A stretch of DNA of 64,000 bases. Origin: Lama glama (Eukaryota). Position numbers and translations under genes: made by a program. The stretch spans positions 11,162,001-11,226,000 of the forward strand of contig CM052832.1 of assembly GCA_028534125.1 (NCBI GenBank), read 5' to 3'. Below, one piece after another: positions 52,575 to 64,000 of this stretch (position 1 is its first letter; every line of letters starts with the position of its first letter). The notes under the pieces are model-generated. The model was not told the DNA's origin. It did no database searches and saw only the letters and a list, made by a program, of their open reading frames with translations.

Positions 52575-54969
52575 GTTTCTCATCAATAACATGGGATGAA
52601 GAATGTTGTATCCCAAAGGACTGTTGACAAGGTTAAATGAGGCAAAATGGATTGAAAGTTGCTACTTCCATGAGTTCTTCTGAGACTGGGGAGGAACACT
52701 CAGAATTGTGAGGTCTCTCTCATCCCACCCCTGAGGCTGTCCGAATCTGCCTGCTGACCCCCAGGCTCTGCTCAGGGAAGTGCCAAACTCTGTATCAAGG
52801 ATGCTGACAATGTCTAGAGGGCAGAAGCAGCTTGTTCTAAACCCCATGTGGCACAGACACATCACATGTCAGGTATTTTGATCATGGGCCCGATCCTGCT
52901 TCTCTCACTTATATAATAAGGGATGTCATCTCCAGTGATTAGAACAGGCTTCCTGGACTTCTATTAGCTGACAGTAACTTCTAAGGATACAACTAAAGAA
53001 AGTTCAGAGGGATCACAGTTCCTTCCGGGAAAGGACCTCTCAATAGGACGTGACCTTCTTGAAAATGTTTTAGGTCCTCGCTGTGGTGTGGGGTAGTAGA
53101 AAGGTCTCAGAATGTGCATCAGAAAAGCCTGGTTTCTAACCCCAGCTCTGGCTCTTAGAGTAAGAGCATCATTTAGCTTCTCTGAAAAAACTATGGATAA
53201 ATAGGAGGATCGAGCCCCCGGTGCCAGAGTGGGGACTGAATTACAGACTATACTGACACATGGCCATTATTCTTACATGCCTCTTCCTCTCTTTGCCCTT
53301 TGCCATCTCCACTCCTTCCCGCCCCCTACAGCTCCTCTGTTAGTTAATACCAAGAATACACTTAACATTAATGCACAATTCACCAGGTTCCTGGCATTTA
53401 GCTCTCCACAAACATCTTTGCCCGGAGTTAAGAAACCTCCCCTGGCTCAGATATGACCACACCAAACAGGCAGCGATTGGAGACTCGCCTCCATCAAGGC
53501 CATCGCCTTCCGAGGCGTGGGACTGCATTTTTGAGAAGCCTTCTCAGGTTGTTTGCAGCAGCTTTGAGAGTCGGCTCTGCTGCCCTGCCTACGTCAAAAC
53601 CCTAAGTGTTTAACCACAAGACACACAATCCTGGGACATCGTGGCGGCAGCCCCCCACCCCCGGTGTGAGGCAGGCCACGAGTGTGTCTAATCCAGTATG
53701 TTCTCCCACTCCACTCTCGACCCTGGCAGAGCCCAGTGAGGCACCGCACCTGGCCAGATGTGGGATGGGATCTTGCGCAGTGTGCAGAGTGCTTGAGTGC
53801 GTGAGGAAGTGGGTGGAATTCCTTCCTAACCACCCCAACATGTGATCTGAGCCCAGGGTCCCAGGCCAGGGAAGGCCATGCCCACTAGCTGTCACAGCTG
53901 CTTGTGTTATTTCTAGGGCCAGAGTCCTTGTAGTCAGGGCTGCATACGCGCTCCCATGATAGTCCCATTTTCAGTGGCTCAAACCCCTTGAAAAAAATAA
54001 TGCTGGGGGTTAAGTGCTCCAGCTTCAAGGTGAAACTGTATTTTGAAATGCTTGAGAGAAAGAAATCTTCCCAACTGATCTATACTGGGACTGAAGATGC
54101 GTAAACACATGCACGCATGCACACAGTCATTTTTCTCCCTTGAAAAATAATTTGAGACTGCTTACAATCTTCAGGTCCTGGTGACTTTGGGCTGGCATAG
54201 ATGTGTGTATGTGTGTATGCAACTGAGCAGGGATTTTTGGAAGATTAAGGGACGTCAGGAGAAGCATGACACGTTTCATCATTCAGTGGTTTTGTCTCTT
54301 AAAGGAAAATATCTTTAAAATGGTAAAGTGATGATGTTAGGAATCTGTTCTTAATTACCACTCAGTAACTTGGCAATCTGTTTTATCCCATTCATTTCTT
54401 TTGGAAAGTTCTCAGCGACTCATCTCTTCAGCTGTGTGTACACAATCACACACACACAGAAATAAAGAAAGAGAAAACCCACCCTGGTTGCAGTTGGAAA
54501 GAGCAGGAACATTTGCACATCTCATGAATCCCCCTGCAGATATTCATAAGCGCAGGTTTTCAGACACTGGGAAGTTTCATAAACACCCAATAGGCTTGTT
54601 TGATTGAAGCGTATATGTGGTTTGAGACTCTAGGGATATTTTCTTACTTTCTTTAAAAGAAAGAAGCAGAAACAGAAGCAGCTGCAAAGAAATCCTTCTC
54701 TAACACTACTTATTCACTCATCCTGCTAAGTCTCAGGCACTGCGGTAAGCCCTGGTGATGCAAAGGTTCATTAGATGGGGTTTCTATCAATAAGAATTCA
54801 ACCCAGTGGAGGGACCATGCAAGAAAGCTTGACTACATCCAGGTTAAAAAAATAAATAAAAGCACATGAAACTTTCAGAATCACTGAGGTTAGGATGAGG
54901 AAAACAGTATGTTGCCTGCCTTTGAATGTTGAAGAAAGTACCGTCCCTTTCCACTGGTACCTTCCAGGC

Positions 54970-55265
54970 CAGCGTTTCCAAAATGCATTCTATAGAATGC
55001 TAATATCTTTACGTGGCTTGCCAAAAAGGCAGAGGGAGTATTCCTCGTGGTCAAACAAGTTTGATAAAAACTGTAAGTCTGCCACTTCTATACACACACC
55101 TGGGAACGTCGCAGTGCACGTTAGCATACTGAAAGTTCTGAGACAGCCCCCAGTAGAAGAGATCTGCCTCACTTTGCTCAGCACTGTACTCCCCAAAGTT
55201 GTTTCCTCACAGGACCCATTTTCCACATAACATCTATGAACATCCGTAACTTTCAGAACATTGTT
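54970..55265 (-). mobile_element. MER103C-like hAT-Charlie element
   Basis: cagcgtttccaaaatg...gtggtcaaacaagtttg...gttagcatactgaaagttctgaga. Confidence 0.65.
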
Positions 55266-56075
55266 TAGTCTGAAGGGGACCAGAAGAAGGCTCTAAAAAT
55301 AAACACAAGTGTAATGCGATGCTGAATTGGAATTTTTAATGAGGCAGCAAGATACAATCAATAAGAAATTCTACAATCATACTTCAGCATGAGAAGTAGA
55401 TTTTCAAAAGGCAATATTGAGTAACTGGTTACATGTCTCCAAGAGCTCCTTCCTGTAAAAAAAATTGGAAGTGTGGAAATTGAGGAAAGAATGTAATGAA
55501 GAAGGTTTCTCTGATATGCCTGCACTAGAATTCCTTCTCTTTACCCCTACTGAGAGAACAGTTTACGGGGGATGACTCAAGGACCTCACTAAATGCTTCC
55601 TGAAGTAGGGAATTGTGGACAGTGTCGGACTCCAGCCTGGAAATCTACAAGGCAAGAGACAGATGGTAAACTGATTTGGTGGGGGATCAAAGGAGAGTAG
55701 TTGCTTTATTGGGAAGGCTGGCACTCTCTGCACTTGCTAGGACAAGGATTGATACATGTTTCCTGACAACCATATGTGGGCCACATGGGAGAGAAAGTGA
55801 GCCAGGAGATGCTTTTTGATCTTACCAAAGAGGACTACCTGGAAGAATTGTGGGACCACAATACCAAGAGTTGGTACAAAGTGGGCCACTGGAAAACCAA
55901 CTAAATGGGAGAAAATCCGCTGAAGGAAGAGAATGCACAGGCCGTAACATGAGAGTTGCAGTTAGAAGGACCCAATGGAACAGTCTGAAAAACCCACCAA
56001 GGGACTCATAGGGAAAAGAGTCTGATATATGCAAAGCCATTTTACAACCATACCAGTCAAGTAAAAACTTCCCTG

Positions 56076-59000
56076 TGGAAGTGGGGGTGGGGAGGGCTTT
56101 CAACTGTGGCTGAGCTAGGAGATTAGCAAACCTTATCCCCCAAAGCAATTATAAATTTGGATTAAATTGACAAAAACTATCATTTCAGCACTATGGAAAT
56201 CAATCAAAGGCATATTAACAATCTGAGAAGAGTTTATACTTTACCAACTGATGGATTTGGGTTAAGAATATTGGGAATCTTTGGTGTTCTGGCTTGAGGG
56301 TTTGTGAAATCATTGACTGATCACTACACTAGGAAGATACAAGGGTTATCTTTAGGAAGCCAAGTTTCCAAATGAAAGTAAGAATATCAAAACAAAACTG
56401 AGCTGAGACATCTAGCTACATACTGCAGGTTTCACAGATTTAGCCAAGGCAAGTTACAGAACAAACAAATGAAGCAGTAACAACTTTCAGAATCCAAAGT
56501 TGCTACAAAAGATTATCTAAAATGTCCAGTTTTCAACAAAAATGTTTCACGACACACAATGAAACAGTCGAGTGTAACCGTATGTGCAGGAAAAAAAAGT
56601 CAACAGAAACTGCATGAGTGTCCTCACATGCTGGGTTAGCAAGCAAAGACTTAAAAGCAGCTACTATAAATATGTTTTAAAAACTGAAGAAAGCAATGTT
56701 TAAAGAATCAAAGAAGGGAGTGACAACAGTGAATGAACAAATAGAGATTCTCAATTAGGACACAGATATTATACTTTTAAAAAGAATCAAATTAAAATTC
56801 TGAAATTAAAAAACACACCTAAAATGAAAAATTCACTATATGGCTCAGTGGCAGACTCAAGATGGCAGAAGAAAGAATCAATGAACTAGAGGATAGATCA
56901 ATAGAAATGACCAACCTGAAGAACAGAGATAAAAAATGAAGGAAAAAAATGAATAGAGACTCAGAGATCTCTGAACAACATCAACTGTGTCAATATTCAA
57001 TTGAATGGGTGTCTGAGGAGAGGAGATAGAAGTGAACAGAAAAAAATTGAAGATATAGTGGCATAAAATTTCCAAAATTTGATAAAAATCTACTGATCTG
57101 CTTTATCTACTGATCCAAGAAGCTCAAAAATCTAAGTAGAATAAAAACAAAGAAAATCATACCTAGAGATATCATAGTCAAACTCTTAAAAGCCAAGGCA
57201 AAGAGAAAATCTTGAAAGAAATGAGAAAAAATACTCATTACTTATAGGGAACATATGATAATAGTTGACTTCTCGCCTGATACATTGGAATGACATAGTC
57301 AAAGTGTTGAAAGAAAAATATTCCTAGCCAGTAAGTTCTAAATCCAGCAAAACTACTCTTCAAAAATTTAGGCAAAATAACTCCCAAAGCATAGTTAAAA
57401 TAAACAGAAATTAAAGTGATACTCCTTAAAAACGTATTTAACATGCAAAAAAGCAGTCAAGGAGGAACAGAAAACATATAGAAAAAAATAGAAAAATGGT
57501 AATATAAATCCAACCATAAAAATAAGTACATTAAATGTGAATTAATGAACATATAGAAACAACTATATGCTATCTGAAAGAAAAACTCCTTAGATTCAAA
57601 GACACAAACAGGTTGAATGCAAAGGTTGGAAAAACAACACATTGTGAAAACAGCAGCCACAGAAAATCTGGAATGAGTATTAATATCAGATAACATAGAC
57701 TTCAAAATCAGAAATAGTAGTAGAGGCAAAGGAGACTATTTCATAATTATTAAATGGTCAAAGCATCAGGAAGATATCACAAATAACAACAGAACTTCAA
57801 AATTTATAAAGTAAGAAGTGACAGAATTGAAAGGGGAAATAGAAAAGCCAGTAATAAGAGATTTCAATATCCCACTCTCAAAAATTGATTGAACAACTAG
57901 ACAGTAAATCAGCAATGATACAGAAGACTTGAACAAACTGTACCAACCAACTTGACATAACTAACATTTTGTGTGCATGTGTTTAAGTGTGTGTCTATTT
58001 TGTCTGATACTATAATTTAATTCCCTTGTGGTCAAACACTATAATTTGTATGATTTCAATCCTTTTAAATTTATTGAGGCTTGTTTTATGGCTTAGTATG
58101 TGGCCTTTCCTGGAGAATGTCTCAAGTGTGCTTGATAATCTGCAGCCACTGGGTGACCATTTTATCATTAGGAAATATCTTCCTTGAGTTTAGTACCATT
58201 TCTCATGTAGCACAACTGGTACCTTCTCCAGGTAAGATCATATACTGGGCCACAAAGCGAGTTTCAATAGAATTTAAAGGATTGAAATCATACAAAATAT
58301 GGCATCTGACTGCAGATCATCTGAATTAAATTATAAAACAACACCAAAAGGAAATCTGGGAAATCCCCAAATATTTGGAAATTAAACAACATACTTTTAA
58401 ATATTCATGGATTGGAAGACACAATGTTGTTAGGATGGCATTTTCCCCCAAATCGATGTATAGATTCAATATGCCCCTATCAAAATCTCAGTAGGGTGTT
58501 TCACAAAAAAAGAAATTGGCAAGGTTATCTTAAAATGCAAATACAATGCAAAGGAACTAGAAGAACCAAAACAAATCTGAAAATGAAGAACAAATTTGGA
58601 GGATTTGTATTACCCGATTTCAAAACTTACTATAAATCTATAATAATCAAGACAGTGTGGTGTTGACAGAGAATGGGCACGTGGAATCTACATGTGATCT
58701 GTATTATAGACCAATGGGACAGAATTAAAAGTCCAGAAATAAAACCATTTCTGCACAAGTGATTTTCAACAACTCAGTGGGAAAGGGATAATTTTTTTCA
58801 ACAAACGGTGCTAAGCAATTGGAAAATCACATGAAAAAAATTATCTTGAATCACAAATAGACTTAAATGAAAGAACTAAGAATATAAAACTTCCTAGAAT
58901 ACAAATAGGAGAAAACCTTTATGACCTTGGGTTTAGTAAGGAATCCTTAAATATGACAGTAAAAGCATACTCCATAACAGAAAAACATGATAGACTGGAC

Positions 59001-60031
59001 CTTGTCAATTTTTTAAGTTTTGCATTTCAAATGACACTATGGAAATGAAAAGTGAAAAGATAAGCCATATATGGAGAAAATATATGGAAATCCTATATTT
59101 AATAAAGGATTTATATCTAAAAAAAAAGATCTCTTACAACTCAATAAGAAGATGACAAACAACCTAGTTTTAAAATGGGCAAAATATCTGAACAGACATT
59201 TTGTAAGAGGAGATACACAGATGGCTAATAAGTACATGAAGAGATACTCAATGTCATTGGTTGTTGGGGAAATGAGAATTAAAACCACAATGAGATACCT
59301 CTGTACATCTACTAGAGTGGCTACAATCAAGAAGACAGCCAACAGTGTTGATGAGGATGTGGAGAAACCAAAATTTTCATACCTTGCTGTCAGGAATGTA
59401 AAACGGTACAGCCCCTTTGGAAAACAGTCTGGATCTTTCTTAAAAATTTAAATATAAATTTACCATTAGACTCAGAAATTCCTTTTCTAGGAACAAACTC
59501 AAGAGAAATAAAAAGCTATAGCCACAAAAAGACATGTATGTTAGTGCTCATAATAGCACTGTTCATAATAACCAAAAACTGGAAATAATCCAAATGTTCA
59601 TCAGCTGGTGAATGGAAAAAGAAAACATAATATATCCATGCAGTAGAATACTATTCAGCAATAAAAAGGAATAGATTTTTGATTCATGCCACAATATGGA
59701 TGACCATCAGAACCTTTATGCTAAGTGAAAGAATCCAGACAAAATACAGTACATAGTGTATGATGCCACTTATTGGAAATATCCTGAAAATGCAAATTAT
59801 TTATAAAGATAGAAATCAGATTAGTGGTTGCCTTGGACTAGGGGAAGGAATGGGGGTTAACTGCAAATGAGCTCAAGAGAACTTTTTAGGGTAATGGAAA
59901 TGTTCTAATGGCAGAAATTATGATGGCTGCACAACTCTATAAATCTACTAAAAATCATTTAATTATACACTTACAGTGGGTGAATTTTATGGTATATAAA
60001 TTATGGTATGCAAAACTGTTCAAAAAAAAAA
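56076..60031 (+). mobile_element. Old L1MB-type element: 5' region, decayed ORF1, ORF2 with a large internal deletion, 3' UTR and A tail
   Basis: ORF1-like sequence at 56.5-57.4 kb, EN-domain sequence at 57.5-58.4 kb, post-RT ORF2 peptides (LPDFKTYYKSIIIKTVW; KWAKYLNRHF), L1MB7/8-like 3' end, and a degenerate TSD agtaaaaacttccctg / agaataactttcctg. Confidence 0.88.
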
Positions 60032-60539
60032 CAGAATAACTTTCCTGCCTCTCCTCCTTCCTCTCAACTTCAGTCCTGGGGGAGGGTGGGCAGGGTAAGA
60101 ATCAGGTCAAAAGAGAGGAGAATGCTAACCACATCCTTTCCCCAAAGGTAGGCAGTCAGACTGCAGCCAATTTTAGCTGGGGAGGAGGTGGGTGTAGCAA
60201 GGGTCAGGGAAGAAAGGAGTCTTACTTTAAACAAATTGAAGTGGTAATTAATATACAGGATTAAATATTTTAAACCAAGTCTATGTTTACCTTCTAACAT
60301 ATTTCCATTGCCAACTAATTAACAGAAAAGCCACTTGGCCTGAGATGATACCTAGTAGCAGGGAGAAGACACCCACCACATTGCAAGAATGAAAGACCAG
60401 CGGGAGGCAAAGGTAAAGTTGATTTTATAATCACCCCCTAATGAAAACTAACTTTTTAGCCTCTGGTGACACGAGGATCAGCAACAGAGCCACAAGGGCA
60501 CAAATGCACTGGTATAACAAAGCATAGATTCAGAGTGTT

Positions 60540-60730
60540 TGGGGAACAGCAAAATTTTGAACTCAGAAGCTGTTAGACCTGGCATTGAATCCTGGCTTGG
60601 CTATTTAATAGCTATGTGACTTTGAGAATGTCACTTAACCTCTCTGATTTCAAATTACTTATCTTCACATTGATGACAGTAATATCAATCTCAAGGGGTT
60701 ACTAAAAGGACTAAGTGGTATGATGAATAT
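60540..60730 (+). mobile_element. MIR SINE
   Basis: ttgaatcctggcttggctatttaatagctatgtgactttgag...cacttaacctctctg. Confidence 0.8.
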
Positions 60731-60764
60731 GAAAGGATTTTGAGAGAGGACTTATCAGTCTATA

Positions 60765-61269
60765 TGTATCAGTCAGGGCCTTCTCAGGGAAGATGAACCA
60801 CTATGAGTGATACAGACTAGGGATTTATTACAGACCTCGCATGGGAGGTAGTGATGCATTCTCCTTAAGGCTATCACTTCTGCATCTAGTGTTGGGTCCA
60901 AAGTCAGCAAAGCTGGAAACTGTGAAGGGAAGATTGATGTGAAGTAGAGGTGGGGGCACTAAGGTTTAGCTGGAACCAGGATTCAGAGAAGGAAGGAGGA
61001 TGTAAGGTGGGACCTGGTAGAGCTGGGTGCCCAGCTTGTACCCCTCACCAACAAGGTCAACCAGCAGATCCGTCACAATATGAGTTACAACAGTGCCTGC
61101 CCTATAACAACCTTCAGAGCATAATAAGATGACCATAGCTTCACTTCCGCCTTTCAAATCTTATGTAAATTTCTCTTTTGGCCTGGCTTAACCTGGAACC
61201 ATGCAGAGAAGAGAATTCTGGGAAACATGGTTTCAGCTTAGCTAAATTGACATAATACACGCCACCACA
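60765..61269 (-). mobile_element. ERVL 3' LTR (LTR52/MLT2-like)
   Basis: Minus strand TGTGGTGGC...CTGATACA termini, abutting a polypurine-tract-like tagggtagac. Confidence 0.7.
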
Positions 61270-62915
61270 GTCTACCCTATGACAACTTGGCATCCATACA
61301 TATTTCTTTTCATCATATTTAACGTCCAAATAAAAGCAACTGCAAGATTATTCTTTGCCTTACATGATGCAACTATCTCATGTACCACCGAAAAACACAA
61401 TGACCTTCTCTGTATAAGAGGATACAAGGTTCTTTTATCCATATTTGGGAGATATTCACGCCTCTTCCAGCTGAGTCATACTCAGCTGATGATATTTTGT
61501 AAATTAAATACTAACATAGAAAGTTAACTATTAGGAACACATCTTGTGTTAGATGGGAAAGAAATGGGAAAGAGAAAGAAATGGGAAAGGAGAAAAGTAG
61601 GTTAATATATTCATAGCAAAATAAGGGGAAAATACTCATAACTATTATAGTCCTCATTTCTGAAACTGGTTTTATGGTCATTGCCTGTGTTTATAACTAT
61701 CTTCTTCTACTTTCCATTCAATATTACCTTTGCCCTCAATAAGCATTTTCAGGTGGTCAAAGTTTCTCACCTGAGGGGGTGATGCAACCTTTATTCCTAA
61801 AGGGTCTGGAGCACTAGCACTCCAGGCTATATGAGGTTGCTGTAGTTTAGCTTTGATCTTCATCACAGGACACTGGAGAACCAAGAGATGTTCCAGGAGA
61901 TCTCCTACATCCCAGACATACTAGCATACACCTCTTTACCGCCACTGGACAGTAACCACCAATTTCCTCTTGCTGAGATCAGTCACCTGTGCTGGCATGG
62001 TAGTCCCTCTTCTTTGGCCATCCCTTCCTTTAGGCAAGATAATTGACTCTGTCCCCTAGAAGGCTATTCATTTGCCATGATCCTTCAGGGACACCCAGGA
62101 GTGGGGCTGTGGTTTTGTTGCCCATCTTCACGATAGTATCAGTATCTTGCTGAGAATCATACGTAAGCCAAGCTCAAATTTTCTTCTGAAGTCAACTTGT
62201 CATAGAAAGGTCCCCATGCAGCCATGGGGACAGGCTGAGAGGGAGGAAGCAAGGTGGCAGGAACAAGACCAGCTACATAATTTGTGGAGCCCAGAGCAAA
62301 AGGAAGATGAAAGGACCCTTGCTCAAAAATTATGGATTTCAAGACAGTGACAGTAGAACATTAAAGCAAATGTGGGGCCCTTCCAAACACGGGCCCTGCG
62401 AGAATTCCCAGGACCCTTGACTGGAGTATGAGCCTTGGCATCTGGACTACTTACACATGCAACTTACTTGTGCTTTAGGACCTGTTTGAGACCAAGTTCA
62501 TGTATACCACTTACATTTGATGATGGAGTGGTCCATTCATGCCCAACTTTGTGGTTTAATGTGTCAGACACCTGACACCTAATTCATAATGGGCCACTCA
62601 AGTCACATGGTAACTTGGCCCATGGTCAGGGGTTTTCAACCTCTACTAGGACCCGGGAGCAAGACAGAGCTATTTCTCAAAGGAGAATAGTTATCCACAT
62701 AGGATGGCATATCTGCTCAAAATTCTGATAGTCTTTGCTGCGATTCACCTACTGAGGGCTGCCAAAGGCTTCATATAAGCATCTCAGTCTGCCACAGACA
62801 TTTCAAGCATCATTGGATGTGCTGGATCACACGGTCCCAGAGGCAAAGCAACTTGCACAGCAGCCTGGATCTGTCGGATCTTGTCCTCGGTCCCATTCAA
62901 AACTATGCAAGCCTG
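61270..62915 (-). mobile_element. ERVL internal remnant (decayed pol: RT connection/RNase H and post-dUTPase region)
   Basis: Minus-strand peptides CPVMKIKAKLQQP...EGKGNIEWKVEE and PATLLPPSQPVPMAAWGPFYDKLTSEE resemble recalled HERV-L/MuERV-L Pol. Confidence 0.85.
62264..62425 (-). mobile_element. MER91A-like MITE nested in ERVL pol
   Basis: gaccagctacataatttgtggagcccag...atttcaagacagtgacagtagaacattaaa...ggggcccttc is homologous to the reverse complement of 1272-1433. Confidence 0.8.
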
Positions 62916-63109
62916 AGTTGAGAATTTGTATAAGCTCTAGCCCTTAAACGTGGGCCACAAGTGTGGCCACAAAGCAGAGCAGACCAGAAACTATGAATAT
63001 ATCTATGGGACTCCACCATCACCAAAGAAAAATCACTCCAGGGATGTGCTCTATTGATGTTTGGTTCCTTGAACAGAAAAGTTAACATTTTTAAGTCTAG
63101 AAAGCTGGA

Positions 63110-63405
63110 TGGTACAGTGGTTAAGACTGGGGACTCTGGAGTCAGACTTCAGGGACACTTGAGCCCAAATATAAGCCCAATCATTTTCAAGCTGTGTGAG
63201 TATGGGCAAGTCATTTAAAACTTAACCTCTCTGAGCCTCAGAGGGGATAATAACACTTACCCATTATTTATAACTATTACGAGTTATAGTAGTTATCTAA
63301 GAGTTATATCAACATGGTAAGGTTTTTATAAGGATCAAATGAGCCACATGTGTGAAGCACAGGGTTGAGGCACAGAGTAAAGACTCAACAAATGATTAGC
63401 TTTTC
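63110..63405 (+). mobile_element. MIR SINE
   Basis: cagtggttaagactggggactctggagtcagac...aacctctctgagcctca. Confidence 0.8.
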
Positions 63406-64000
63406 TTATGATGAACAGAGGACAGAAGTCACTGGATTTGGGTAGGAAGAAATCATGGTGTGGCTCATGGGAGGGATGCCCATTGGAAGTTGGACTCTCT
63501 AGGCTTTTGACTTGCAGTATGATAGGAGAGAAGTGAACCGAGAATGGGTTCAGGTTACCGTTCTGCTACTCCACACTGGGAGACCTTGGGCAAGTCCTTC
63601 CCCCTCTCTGCAGCTCTCCTGTCTCAGGTGGAAAGCCACAGTGCTGCTCTTCATGATTTCCTGATCTCTCCCATCTCTGACAGCCTATGACCGTGCGGTG
63701 GCTCCTAACTGCCATGAGAGGTGGGCTTTTCCCTCCCTGCAGCCAGGAGATCCCACCTGGGTCCCAGCAGAGAGCTCCTTGGCCAGGTCCCTGCAGCTTT
63801 TCACCCTAAAAGCAGGTCTAGCAAAGACCAATAAGAGGTTTTGAGTATTTATTAAAGCTCTGGCAATGGCTCCCACATAGACAACTGAACTATTTTCAGC
63901 CCCAGCTCTTTTCTTTTCCTTTTGAAGAGTGGGTGGATTTTAAGACAAACAGACTAATTAGGTATATGTTAGCACTGCCACAAAAGCAAAACAGTCAGAT

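Noticed and set aside
1..64000. CRISPR arrays, tRNA/rRNA genes, prokaryotic operons, processed pseudogenes
   Set aside because: None seen. The sequence is ordinary mammalian intronic and intergenic DNA.

Overview
Mammalian genomic DNA with no complete protein-coding gene. It is placental, most likely cetartiodactyl and plausibly camelid, inferred from the L1 3' UTR type and the absence of recognisable CHR/Bov/PRE1/Alu/B1/Can SINEs. The main element is a CpG-island promoter at about 46.7-47.4 kb (perfect CRE, GC boxes, no TATA) driving a minus-strand first exon that ends in Kozak-ATG GGG TCC TCG GA|GTAAGT. Everything from 1 to 46970 looks like a very long intron of that unidentified gene, and 47.4-64 kb is upstream intergenic DNA. 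The rest is interspersed repeats: three younger 5'-truncated L1s with clear TSDs, an old internally deleted L1MB-type element, solo ERV1/ERVL/MaLR LTRs, an ERVL proviral remnant, hAT MITEs, and many MIR/L2 fragments. Several motif-dense, enhancer-like non-repetitive islands are also present. The long ORFs in the six-frame track are spurious or repeat-derived. I found no convincing novel biological system. The best leads are regulatory or splicing hypotheses. Repeat family names come from recalled consensus sequences, not a database search, and repeat boundaries without TSDs are approximate.
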